Assembly: GCA_016177865.1 (NCBI GenBank)
Contig: JACOUJ010000239.1
Span: forward strand, 1-38,386
DNA length: 38,386 bases
Direction of reading: 5' to 3'
Source: Candidatus Rokuibacteriota bacterium
GTDB taxonomy: Bacteria; Methylomirabilota; Methylomirabilia; Rokubacteriales; JACOUJ01
Below the pieces are notes generated by a model, which was not told the origin of the DNA, did no database searches, and was given only the letters and a program-made list of their open reading frames with translations. Of the stretch, positions 8,905 through 17,689 are shown one piece after another (position 1 is the first letter of the stretch; every line of letters starts with the position of its first letter). The position numbers were made by a program, and so were the translations under genes.

Positions 8905-10139
8905 GCGTTGTTTCGGGGTGAGTAGTCGATGGCCTGCCCCACGCGAACCTCGCTCGGGGCTACGGGCACGAGACGCCGGAACTCCTCGAGCACAGTCTCT
9001 GCAGCGCGCTCCCAGCTCAAGCCCCGGGCGTAGGCGACCGTGGCGTCACGGTCCCACTGCCGGCCCAGTGCCTCCTCGATGGCCGAGGCCAGCCCGCGCG
9101 CGTCGCCGAATCGGACGAGGAGCCCGTCACGCCCGTCGCGCACGATCTCGGCATTCCCGCCTGCGTCTGTCGTCACCACAGGAACTCCGCTGGCCATGGC
9201 CTCGAGCAGAACATTCGCCCACCCTTCCGAGCGCGTCGCCAGGCAGAAGAGATCAGCTGCCGCATACCACCGGGGGAGCTCGTCATGAGGGCGCGGGCCG
9301 GCGATGAAAACATGCTCCACGAGACCGCGGGCCGCAATCATCCGTTCGAGATTCCTTCGGTAGCTGTCCCCCGGGCGCTCTGCACCAACGATGACGTAGA
9401 GTAGGTTGGGGTGGCGAGTGACAAGACCCGCAAGCGCGTCTACGACAAGGTGGTGTCCCTTGCCATCGTAGATCCCGCCGACGGCGAGGAGGATCGTTCG
9501 GTCGACCGCAAGCCCGCACGCCGCTCGAGCCGCGGCACGGTCCGAGGGATGAAATTGCTTGGTGTCCACGCCATTGGGAATCACGCGAATCTCGTGTGCT
9601 GGGATCTCCAGCTGCATCGCGACGTGTTTGAGTGACTGGCTGACCGCCACAATGCCGCTGGCCCGCCGAAGTGCCCAGCCGATCTGGGGACGATGAAGGG
9701 GGTAGCCTGAGAGCCGGACGATGCTCCCGCGCACCGTTATGAGGACCGGGATGCGAAGCACCTTGCCCAACATGACGGCGGCCGCCCCATCCGGATACAC
9801 GAAGTGGGCGTCGATCAGATCGAACGGAAACTCCCGGCGGAGGCGAACCACGAAGGCAAGGAGTGAGCCTGCGTAGAGCAGCGCGTCGAGCCACTTGAGA
9901 TACCGGGGAACGCAGAAGAACCGGGGATGATACACAGAGAGGCCCTGCTGCATCTCGAACGCCGGAACCCCTGTCACGTGAGGGCCGCGGATCAGGCCGT
10001 TGAGCGGGAACCAGGGTATCGGCGCCACCACCCTGAGCTCGCAGTGGCGGGCCACCAGCCGCGCGCGCTGCCGGATGAACACCCCCAGAGCCGGCTGTCT
10101 CGGATTCGGAAAGACCGAGCTCAGTACGAGGACTCGCAC
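8901..10139 (-). CDS. GT4-family (GT-B, retaining) glycosyltransferase
   Basis: C-terminal motif SEGWANVLLEAMASGVPVVTTDAGGNAEIVRDGRDGLLV. The track start at 10154 is a TTG. I prefer GTG 10139 (MRVLVLSSVFPNP), preceded by GAGG with a 5-nt spacer. GTG 10145 is also possible. Confidence 0.85.
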   Translation of the reverse strand: MRVLVLSSVFPNPRQPALGVFIRQRARLVARHCELRVVAPIPWFPLNGLIRGPHVTGVPAFEMQQGLSVYHPRFFCVPRYLKWLDALLYAGSLLAFVVRLRREFPFDLIDAHFVYPDGAAAVMLGKVLRIPVLITVRGSIVRLSGYPLHRPQIGWALRRASGIVAVSQSLKHVAMQLEIPAHEIRVIPNGVDTKQFHPSDRAAARAACGLAVDRTILLAVGGIYDGKGHHLVVDALAGLVTRHPNLLYVIVGAERPGDSYRRNLERMIAARGLVEHVFIAGPRPHDELPRWYAAADLFCLATRSEGWANVLLEAMASGVPVVTTDAGGNAEIVRDGRDGLLVRFGDARGLASAIEEALGRQWDRDATVAYARGLSWERAAETVLEEFRRLVPVAPSEVRVGQAIDYSPRNNA

Positions 10140-10146
10140 GGTCACC

Positions 10147-11328
10147 TCATGCAAGTTCTGAGTAGATTCGCAAGTACATCGGGACCACTCGGTCCCAACT
10201 GCGTTCTCCCAGCACGTAACTGCGGGCAGTCTCGCCGAGCGCCTTCCGAAGAAGCGGATCGGCGCCGACGCGCGTCGCCTGGGCGACGAAGGCCCGCTGA
10301 CTCTCCGCGGGGAAGAGCAGACCGGTAGCCTCGTGCCGGATCAACTCCCGGTGCCCTCCCACGTCGCTGGCCAACACCGGCCTCCCCATGGCCATCGCCT
10401 CCAGCGGCTTGAGAGGTGTCACCAACTCGGTCAGGCGGATCCGTCGGCGCGGGCACACGAAGACGTCCATCACCGAAAGGAACTCGCTGACCCGCTGGTG
10501 GGGCACCTGCCCAACGAAAACCACGGTATCGCCCAGACACGCCGCCGCGGTCCGGAGCGCGGCATCTTCTTCCCCTCCCCCGACCAGCAGCACCCTGGCG
10601 CCGACGAGAGCCTCGCGGATCGCCGGGATCGAGTCGATCAAGAAGCGGAGTCCCTCGTAGCGGTAGAAGGACCCGATGAAGCCGAAGACTGGACCTCCGT
10701 TCAGCCCGATCCTCTTGGCCAGGCTCTCGCTCCGGGAACGTGGCCGAAACACGTCCACGTCGACTCCGTTGGGAACGACGGCGACGCGCGCCGCGTCCAC
10801 GCCCCGCCGCACGATCTCCTTGCGCATTCCCTCGCAGATCGTGACGACCCGGTCGGCCTTGCGGAAGAGCCAGGTCTCCACGAGCCGGATGAGGCGGTAG
10901 CGAAGCGATCCCTGGCGAACCGTTCCATGGTCGACGGCGGCGTCTTCCCAAAACGCCCGGGCCTCGTAGATGACCGGAAGTCCGAGGCGGCGGCCCGCCC
11001 AGAGCGCCGGGAGACCGTTGAGCAGCGGCGAGTGCGCATGGAGGAACGAGGCGCGCTCGCTACGGGCGACCGCCGCGATGCGCATCGCCATGCGTCCCAT
11101 CTGTCGGACCTCGCGGAGCCACGATAGCCGCCCTCCGACAGGGCCAGTCCGGTAATGGCGGACGCCCTCCAGCGTGTCGGCACCATCCCGTTCACTCCCC
11201 TGTCGGGGGGAGGTCAGGACGACCGGCCGGAGTCCGACCTGTTGCTGGAACCTGACCAGGTTCCGGCTGCGGAAGCTGTAGCCGCTGGCGAGCGGGACCG
11301 AGTGATCCAGGATATGCAGAATCGTCAT
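10147..11328 (-). CDS. GT4 glycosyltransferase, PEP-CTERM/exosortase-A-associated type (Daro_2409-like)
   Basis: The N-terminus MTILHILDHSVPLASGYSFRSRNLVRFQ matches, from memory, the hallmark start of the exosortase-associated GT family. C-terminal motif is PLKPLEAMAMGRPVLASDVGGHRELIRHEATGLLF. Confidence 0.85.
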   Translation of the reverse strand: MTILHILDHSVPLASGYSFRSRNLVRFQQQVGLRPVVLTSPRQGSERDGADTLEGVRHYRTGPVGGRLSWLREVRQMGRMAMRIAAVARSERASFLHAHSPLLNGLPALWAGRRLGLPVIYEARAFWEDAAVDHGTVRQGSLRYRLIRLVETWLFRKADRVVTICEGMRKEIVRRGVDAARVAVVPNGVDVDVFRPRSRSESLAKRIGLNGGPVFGFIGSFYRYEGLRFLIDSIPAIREALVGARVLLVGGGEEDAALRTAAACLGDTVVFVGQVPHQRVSEFLSVMDVFVCPRRRIRLTELVTPLKPLEAMAMGRPVLASDVGGHRELIRHEATGLLFPAESQRAFVAQATRVGADPLLRKALGETARSYVLGERSWDRVVPMYLRIYSELA

Positions 11329-12062
11329 GACGACTTCCGCCCCACGTACCAGAACGCGTGGGCCATCACGAGCGAGCCGCCGGGAACCATCTCGATGAGC
11401 CGGATCAGCCCCCGACTGTCCAGGATCCGCCCTAGCCGCGGGAAGCGGCGCGGCAGAAGGTAGACGCCAACACGCCGCAGGTGACGGATCTTCCGTTGCT
11501 CAAGCGCCCGGCAAACTTCAAACGGCGAGTCATGCCGGACCCGTGAGCGCCGGCCTCCGGCGATCTCCGAGAGTCGCCGGGCGAGCGCCGGAATTTCCAG
11601 TGCGTTGAGCGCCTCCACCACGAGGAGCCCCTCCGGGCGCAGGACTCGGATCATCTCGTCCAGCAACGGCCCGGGTCGGCTTACCGCCTGGAGCACCCCG
11701 ATGCAGACGACCAGATCGAAGCACTCGGGCGTAAACGGCAGTTCGTGACCATCCGCCGCCAGGTATCGGCCTTTTCGGCCCGGATCGGCTTCAACGGCGC
11801 GGCCGAGGCTCGGGAGCGCATAATCGATGCCGACCACAGAATGGCCCAGTTCTGCCAGGCGACGCACGTAGGTGCCGGCCCCGCATCCTAGCTCCAGGAC
11901 GCGGGAGCCCACTGGGAGCGCGAGATGGCCAATCAACTGCTCGAACAGGCTGAAACGGCGCGCGAGCCCCGCGGGGGACCAGCCCGAGACAAAATGCTCC
12001 TCCGCGTAGCTGCGGCCAAAGCGTTCGAAACGGGCGCGCCACTCTGCCTCGAAGATCGTCAT
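11325..12062 (-). CDS. class I SAM-dependent methyltransferase
   Basis: 245 aa. SAM motif I is VLELGCGAGTY and the post-I acidic residue is in VVGIDYA. ATGA overlaps on both sides. Confidence 0.8.
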   Translation of the reverse strand: MTIFEAEWRARFERFGRSYAEEHFVSGWSPAGLARRFSLFEQLIGHLALPVGSRVLELGCGAGTYVRRLAELGHSVVGIDYALPSLGRAVEADPGRKGRYLAADGHELPFTPECFDLVVCIGVLQAVSRPGPLLDEMIRVLRPEGLLVVEALNALEIPALARRLSEIAGGRRSRVRHDSPFEVCRALEQRKIRHLRRVGVYLLPRRFPRLGRILDSRGLIRLIEMVPGGSLVMAHAFWYVGRKSS

Positions 12063-13975
12063 GACCTCGGGGCTCCTTGCCCGGGCGCCTCATCCACGAA
12101 CGAGCGGTGCCACAATTCGAGGACGATGAGCGCCCAGATTCGGGCCGAGTGATCCCGCACTCTGGTCTGATGATCCTGCCAGAGCCGGCGCACTCCCTCG
12201 GGCCGCACATATCCGCGCGCGAGCGATCGCGGAGAGAGGAGCAGATCCGCCGCCATCTCTCGCAACTCGCCGCGGAGCCAGCTCGCCAGCGGGATCTCGA
12301 ACCCCTGCTTCGGCCGGTGGATCACAGACCGCGGCACGCGCCCTTCCAGATGACGCTTCAGAAGGTACTTCGAAGTGCGCCCTCGGTACTTCAGATCGGG
12401 CGGCACAGTGGCGGCAAACTCGATGACCTTGTGGTCGAGGAGCGGGGCACGGACCTCGAGCGAGTTCGCCATGCTCATCCGGTCGACCTTCACGAGGATG
12501 TCGTTGGCCAGCCAAGTCTTCAGGTCAACGTAGAGGAGTTGACTCAGCGAGTCGAGCCCGCGGACCCTCTCGAAGTGGCGGGCGAAGGCCGTGAAGGGAT
12601 CGTGGTCGGCGAGCTCACTTCTGAAATCGGCGGAGAGCAGCCGGGCCTTCTCGTCGTCCCGGAAGAGCGAGAGATCCGAGAAGTACGCGCGCTCCGGTGT
12701 CGTGCCGAGATTCTGAAGGAAGTAGCGGGCCCGGAGGGGACGCGGCAGCCAGTCCGCCTTTGGGTAGACCGCCCCGAGCGGAGCCATGACGCCTGTCCGA
12801 ACGGAGGTCGGTAGCCATCGACGGAGGCGCGCCTCCCAGCGGTGAAAGCCATAGCGACGCTGATACCCCGCGAAGACCTCATCGCCACCGTCACCCGAGA
12901 GGGCCACGGTGACCTGCTCGCGCGCCGCTCGAGACACATAGTACGTGGGAAGGGCCGACGAATCTGCGAAGGGTTCGTCCAGATGCCAGACGAGCCGCGG
13001 GAGCACGTCGACTGCCCGCGGCTCCACGAGGACCTCGTGGTGCTCGGCGCCCACGGCGGTGGCTACCGCTCGCGCATGGCCGAGCTCGCTGAAAGCCCGC
13101 TCGGAGAAGCCGACGCTGGTCGTCACCACCGGCCAGTTCGACAGACGCGCCATCATGTCCACCACGGCACTCGAGTCCACGCCGCCGCTCAGGAACGCGC
13201 CCAGGGGAACGTCGCTGACGAGCCGCACGCGAACGGCGTCGGCGAAGACCTCGGCGAACGCCTCTACAGTTTCGACTTCACTGCGACGCACCACCTCACC
13301 TCGGGGAACGTCCCAGTACTCGGCGATTCGTGGCGCGCCGCGCTCCCAAACGAGGTAATGGCCGGGCGGGAGCTGGATGACCCCCTGAAAGATGGTGGCT
13401 GGTGCCTGGACTGCGCCGAACGAGAAGTAGTCATCGAGCGATTCCGCGCTGACACCCCGCTTGAGGCTCGCATCCTGGAGCAGTGCTTTCAGCTCCGAGG
13501 CAAAACAGAGGCGCTCGCCGGCATGCGTGTAGTAGAGTGGCTTCTTACCCACCCGATCCCGCGCCAGCAGGAGCCGTCGCTCCGGCTCATCCCAGAGCGC
13601 GAACGCAAACATCCCTCGCAACCGAGCCACGCAGCCCACTCCGAACTCCTCGTAAGCATGGACGATCACCTCGGTGTCTGCGCGGGTGGTGAATCGGTGA
13701 CCGCGGCCCTCCAGCTCCGACCGCAGCTCGGGGAAATTGTAGATCTCTCCGTTGAGGATTACCGCCTTCGTGCGGTCCTCGTTGAACATTGGCTGATCAC
13801 CCGTGGCAAGGTCGATGATGCTGAGCCGCCGGTGGCCGAAACCGGCTCCACGCCACAGGTGAACACTCTCGGCGTCCGGCCCCCGGTGAGCCATGGCATC
13901 AGTCATGCGGCCCAGCAGCTCACGGGACACCGGGAACCCCGGGTCGGCGTGGACTATCCCCGCGATGCCACACAT
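12059..13975 (-). CDS. asparagine synthase-family glutamine amidotransferase (exosortase-associated amidotransferase type), paralog 1
   Basis: Start set at MCGIAGIVHADPG (ATG 13975-13973, Cys codon 13970-13972), because class II Ntn amidotransferases need Cys directly after Met. It has HRGPD and the PP-loop LSGGVDSSAVV. The track ORF extension to 14281 overlaps the methyltransferase gene out of frame. Confidence 0.9.
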   Translation of the reverse strand: MCGIAGIVHADPGFPVSRELLGRMTDAMAHRGPDAESVHLWRGAGFGHRRLSIIDLATGDQPMFNEDRTKAVILNGEIYNFPELRSELEGRGHRFTTRADTEVIVHAYEEFGVGCVARLRGMFAFALWDEPERRLLLARDRVGKKPLYYTHAGERLCFASELKALLQDASLKRGVSAESLDDYFSFGAVQAPATIFQGVIQLPPGHYLVWERGAPRIAEYWDVPRGEVVRRSEVETVEAFAEVFADAVRVRLVSDVPLGAFLSGGVDSSAVVDMMARLSNWPVVTTSVGFSERAFSELGHARAVATAVGAEHHEVLVEPRAVDVLPRLVWHLDEPFADSSALPTYYVSRAAREQVTVALSGDGGDEVFAGYQRRYGFHRWEARLRRWLPTSVRTGVMAPLGAVYPKADWLPRPLRARYFLQNLGTTPERAYFSDLSLFRDDEKARLLSADFRSELADHDPFTAFARHFERVRGLDSLSQLLYVDLKTWLANDILVKVDRMSMANSLEVRAPLLDHKVIEFAATVPPDLKYRGRTSKYLLKRHLEGRVPRSVIHRPKQGFEIPLASWLRGELREMAADLLLSPRSLARGYVRPEGVRRLWQDHQTRVRDHSARIWALIVLELWHRSFVDEAPGQGAPRS

Positions 13976-13977
13976 CC

Positions 13978-14700
13978 CTACTTCTTCTCCATCACCACGA
14001 GCCACGTGCTCTGAAGCTGAGTGAACCCGAGCGCCCGGACGATCTCGTCGTAAAGGATCCCCAGGCGGAACAGGGCAGGCGAGAACATCAGGTAGTACGG
14101 GTAGTGCTCGATAGCCTCGGTGCGGGTCAGCTCGAAGCCGGTGACGCGAGCAAGGTCCCGGGAGGCCCGAGCCGTGTTCGCGCGATAGCGGACGGGAAAG
14201 TGAGCGTACGCATCGCCGCCAAACACCTTCTGGAAATACACGTCTTTGAGCCACCCAGGGGTGAGCAGAGCAACGAGACACGAGTAGTAATATTTGTTCG
14301 GCGTCGTGAAGACGAGTCGTCCACCGGAGCGGAGCACCCTGCCGAATTCTTTAAAGGTCTCGACGGGGTGATCGAGGTGCTCGACGACAGAGCGCGAGAC
14401 AATCAGATCGACGCTCTGACTCCGTATCGGGAGGGATTCGAGGTTGCCGACGATCACCTTCGTGCGCCCGAGCACGTTCGGGGCCGGAGAGCATAAGTCG
14501 ACGCCGACTGCGAACGCAACCTTCGGGCCGTAGCGCGAGAGGAGCGGGAAGTCAGCACCGCATCCGGCGTCCAGAAGGACGTCCGAGGGTCGGGCGAGTG
14601 CGGCGGCCGTCGAATCGAGGAGCTCCTCGCGCGATGGGCCCCGGTAGTATCGCTGGATCAGTTTGCGGCACTTCTGTCGCCGGTCCAGGATCCCCATCAT
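13978..14700 (-). CDS. class I SAM-dependent methyltransferase (Methyltransf_11-like)
   Basis: 240 aa. Motif I is VLLDAGCGADF, followed by VGVDL and then LRSGGRLVFTTPN. Confidence 0.8.
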   Translation of the reverse strand: MMGILDRRQKCRKLIQRYYRGPSREELLDSTAAALARPSDVLLDAGCGADFPLLSRYGPKVAFAVGVDLCSPAPNVLGRTKVIVGNLESLPIRSQSVDLIVSRSVVEHLDHPVETFKEFGRVLRSGGRLVFTTPNKYYYSCLVALLTPGWLKDVYFQKVFGGDAYAHFPVRYRANTARASRDLARVTGFELTRTEAIEHYPYYLMFSPALFRLGILYDEIVRALGFTQLQSTWLVVMEKK

Positions 14701-15818
14701 CGAAAATTACCTCTGGCAAGGTCCAGGTAGAGATGGCGGTAGCATCCGGCCATGCGTTCGAGTCCGAACTCCTGCGTGGCCCGCTGCCGTCCGGCCTTGC
14801 CGTGCGCCGTCATGAGATGGGGGTCAGCGACGTAGGCTTCCAAGGCACGAGCAAGTGCCTGCCGGTCACCAACCGGCACGAGCGTTCCTGTCACCCCATC
14901 CTCCACCACCTCCGGATTCCCGCCGGTCCGCGTGGCGACGACGGGCAAGCCGGTCGCCATCGCCTCGAGCACCGTGTTCGAGATCCCTTCGGCGATGGAC
15001 GGAAGCGCGAAGATGTCAACACCTTTGAGCAGGAGCGGGACATCTGATCGCTCCCCGCAGAGATGCACGCGGCCTGCGACGTCTGGCTGCTGCGCCCGCG
15101 TCTCGAGGCTGGTCCGGCAGGGACCTTCACCAACGATGACGAGCGCCAGCGTCCGGCCCCGGTGGTCGAGCCGAGTAAAGGCCTCGATCAGGCCGAGCTG
15201 GTCCTTGACCGGGTCGAGTCGTCCTACGGTGCCGATCACGGTGACGCCGGGAGGCAAGCCGAGAGCCCGACGACCTGCGTCGCGAGCCTCTTCAGAAAAG
15301 CGGTTCACGTCGACGCCATTGTGGATCGTTTCAACTTTCGTCGCCGGGATGCCGACGGTCTCGACCAGCCAGCGGCGGAGGTCGCAGGAGACGGTGACGA
15401 ACCGGTTCACCAGCGGAGCCGAGCAGCGACGCAGGCGATTTCGCCAACCATTCAGACCCCACGGGTCGCCGGCCTCGCGCCCGTGCTCGCCGTGAACGAT
15501 GACGGGGGCCCCAGCCAGCCTGCCCGCGAGCACCGCGTCGAATGCCCCCCAGTTGCGCGAGTGAACGATGTCGGGCTCCAGGCGCCGAATAAGCGCAGCC
15601 AATCTCGTCAGTGCATGGAGGTCGATCCCGACCCGCTTGCCCAAGGAGATGGTGGTCACACCCGCAGGGAGGCGCGCCGCCATCCGTCCCACCGAGGTCA
15701 TTGCAATGACGGTGTGCCTGAAGCCTTCGTCGAGGGCAGTCATGAGGTTCACAACGCCGTTTTCCGTGCCGCCGACGTCGAGCGAGTGGAGAACGTGCAC
15801 GACGTGAAGCCGCCTCAC
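14697..15818 (-). CDS. GT4 glycosyltransferase, PEP-CTERM/EpsH1-system-associated sugar transferase type
   Basis: HVVHVLHSLDVGGTENGVVNLMTAL at the N-terminus is typical of that family. C-terminal motif is IAEGISNTVLEAMATGLPVVATRTGGNPEVVEDGVTGTLV. Preferred start is GTG 15818-15816 (MRRLHVVHVL), forming a GTGA overlap with the AsnB-2 stop. The track start at 15842 would overlap by 28 nt. Confidence 0.85.
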   Translation of the reverse strand: MRRLHVVHVLHSLDVGGTENGVVNLMTALDEGFRHTVIAMTSVGRMAARLPAGVTTISLGKRVGIDLHALTRLAALIRRLEPDIVHSRNWGAFDAVLAGRLAGAPVIVHGEHGREAGDPWGLNGWRNRLRRCSAPLVNRFVTVSCDLRRWLVETVGIPATKVETIHNGVDVNRFSEEARDAGRRALGLPPGVTVIGTVGRLDPVKDQLGLIEAFTRLDHRGRTLALVIVGEGPCRTSLETRAQQPDVAGRVHLCGERSDVPLLLKGVDIFALPSIAEGISNTVLEAMATGLPVVATRTGGNPEVVEDGVTGTLVPVGDRQALARALEAYVADPHLMTAHGKAGRQRATQEFGLERMAGCYRHLYLDLARGNFR

Positions 15819-17686
15819 CGGTCCCACCACCGACGAGCCCACTCCTCAAGACAGAGCAAGAGCCAGATCTGACTGGACCGCTCGCGCTTGCCGGTGCGAT
15901 GTTCCTCCAGCAGGGCCTCCACGGCGTGGGCATTGATGAGCCCTCGCTGGCGGGTCCGCCTGTCGACGAGGATCTCGCGAGCGTATCCGGCCAGCTCTCG
16001 CCGAAACCACGTCCCGATCGGCACGCCGAACCCCATCTTGCGTCGCCCGAGAATCTCGCTCGGCAGGTCCTCCGCCATGACCCCTTTGAGCACTGCCTTG
16101 CCAGCGCCGTTTCGCAGCTTGAGTCGGCTCGGCATTCTCGCCACGTACTCCATGAGGAGGTGATCCAAGAGCGGCACCCGGGTCTCGAGCGAGACCAGCA
16201 TGCTGGTCCGATCGATCTTGGTGAGGATGTCCTCGGGGAGGTAGGTCCGGACGTCCAGATACTGGAGCGTCGCCAGGTAGTCGGAGGCCCGCCCCTCCCG
16301 GACAAGTTGGCGAAACAGCGCCGGAGTCACAATCGGTGCGACGTGAGCTTGCGCGTCCGGGGTGAGAAGCCGGCGGAGTGTCCCCGTCCGTTGATACGTG
16401 ACCATCCGGAAGTAGCGCTCGGTCGGTTCCGAGCCCAACAGCTCCAGGTATCCTCGTCCCCGGGCGCCCGGGGCAAGCAGGCTGGCCGCCAGTCGAAAGA
16501 GCGGCCGTGCTATGGCACCCAGCGGATGGTCCAGGCGCTCGTGCCACCTCAGCGCCTGCAAGTAGCGCCCATAGCCAGCGAAGTTCTCGTCCCCTCCGTC
16601 GCCCGACAGCGCCACCGTCACATGTTCCCGGGTGATCTTGGATACGTAATAGGTCGGAACCGCGGAGCTGTCGGCGAAGGGCTCGTCGAACTGCCACATG
16701 AGGCGCGGCATTGCTTCGAGAGCATCCGGTTTCACCACAAACTCATAGTGATCGGTCCCGTAACGACGAGCCACGGCTCTGGCATACCGGAGCTCGTCGA
16801 AATCCGCCTCGTCGAAGCCGATCGAGAACGTGCGGACCGGCTCCCCCACCTCCTGCGACATGAGCGCGACCACCGTGCTCGAATCCATTCCCCCGCTCAG
16901 AAAGGCACCGATCGGCACGTCGCTCACGAGATGGCTTCGGACCGAGTCCTGGAGACGCCAGCGGAGGCCTTCGACCCACTCCGCCTCTGTGCGAGTTTCG
17001 TCCGGGAGGAACTGGAGGTCCCAGTAACGCCGGACCTCGGGCTCACCGCGATCCAGATCGAGCACCAGGTACGACGCCGGGGCGAGTTTGCGGATCCCGC
17101 GAAAGATCGTCCGTGGGCTGGGAATGTACGAGAAGGTCAGGTAGTCCCTCAGAGCCTCCCAGTCCAGGTCTCTCGGCACCGACGGATCCTGAAGGATCGC
17201 TTTGAGCTCGGAGGCGAAGAGGAGTCGCCGCCCGTCCCAGGCATAGACGAGCGGCTTGATCCCGACCCGGTCGCGAGCGAGGAACAGGCGTCGGCGCCGT
17301 CCGTCCCAAATGGCGAAGGCGAACATGCCCCTGAGCCGGCCGAGACACTCCACCCCGTATGCCTCGTACGCGCGCAGAATAACCTCGCTGTCCGAAGTGG
17401 TCCGGAAGACATGCCCGTGGACCTCGAGTTCCCGGCGCAGCTCGCGGAAGTTATAGATCTCTCCGTTGAACACCAGCGCCACAGACCCGTCCTCGTTCGC
17501 CATGGGTTGATGGCCGCTGACGAGATCGATGATCGCAAGCCGCCGGTGGCCCAGCCCGACAGGCCTCCGAATCAGATAACCCTCCCCATCCGGCCCGCGG
17601 TGAGCGAGGATTGAGGTCATCGCCCGCAGGAGCTGCTCCCCTACGGGCTTTCCGTCCTGCCTGAGGACACCCGCGATCCCACACAT
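15815..17686 (-). CDS. asparagine synthase-family glutamine amidotransferase, paralog 2
   Basis: 623 aa. MCGIAGVLRQDG (Cys codon 17681-17683), HRGPD, and PP-loop LSGGMDSSTVV. It is colinear with paralog 1. Confidence 0.9.
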   Translation of the reverse strand: MCGIAGVLRQDGKPVGEQLLRAMTSILAHRGPDGEGYLIRRPVGLGHRRLAIIDLVSGHQPMANEDGSVALVFNGEIYNFRELRRELEVHGHVFRTTSDSEVILRAYEAYGVECLGRLRGMFAFAIWDGRRRRLFLARDRVGIKPLVYAWDGRRLLFASELKAILQDPSVPRDLDWEALRDYLTFSYIPSPRTIFRGIRKLAPASYLVLDLDRGEPEVRRYWDLQFLPDETRTEAEWVEGLRWRLQDSVRSHLVSDVPIGAFLSGGMDSSTVVALMSQEVGEPVRTFSIGFDEADFDELRYARAVARRYGTDHYEFVVKPDALEAMPRLMWQFDEPFADSSAVPTYYVSKITREHVTVALSGDGGDENFAGYGRYLQALRWHERLDHPLGAIARPLFRLAASLLAPGARGRGYLELLGSEPTERYFRMVTYQRTGTLRRLLTPDAQAHVAPIVTPALFRQLVREGRASDYLATLQYLDVRTYLPEDILTKIDRTSMLVSLETRVPLLDHLLMEYVARMPSRLKLRNGAGKAVLKGVMAEDLPSEILGRRKMGFGVPIGTWFRRELAGYAREILVDRRTRQRGLINAHAVEALLEEHRTGKRERSSQIWLLLCLEEWARRWWDR

Positions 17687-17689
17687 CGT

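Noticed and set aside
10142-10951. 269-aa minus-strand ORF (and similar Arg-rich ORFs at 15331..16305, 15846..16697 and 18537..19313)
   Set aside because: These are alternative frames of well-supported GT4, AsnB and ligase genes. Their composition, dominated by Arg/Gly/Pro/Ala, marks them as non-coding frames.
12842-14014. 390-aa plus-strand ORF (and the similar 571-aa ORF at 15899..17614)
   Set aside because: Both lie exactly antisense to the two AsnB paralogs and have no recognisable motifs. Their long open antisense frames follow from the GC3-rich codon usage of the sense genes.
13976-14281. 102-codon N-terminal extension of the AsnB-1 ORF
   Set aside because: Ntn amidotransferases need Cys directly after the initiator Met (MCGIAG at 13975). 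The extension overlaps the 13978-14700 methyltransferase gene and is low-complexity.
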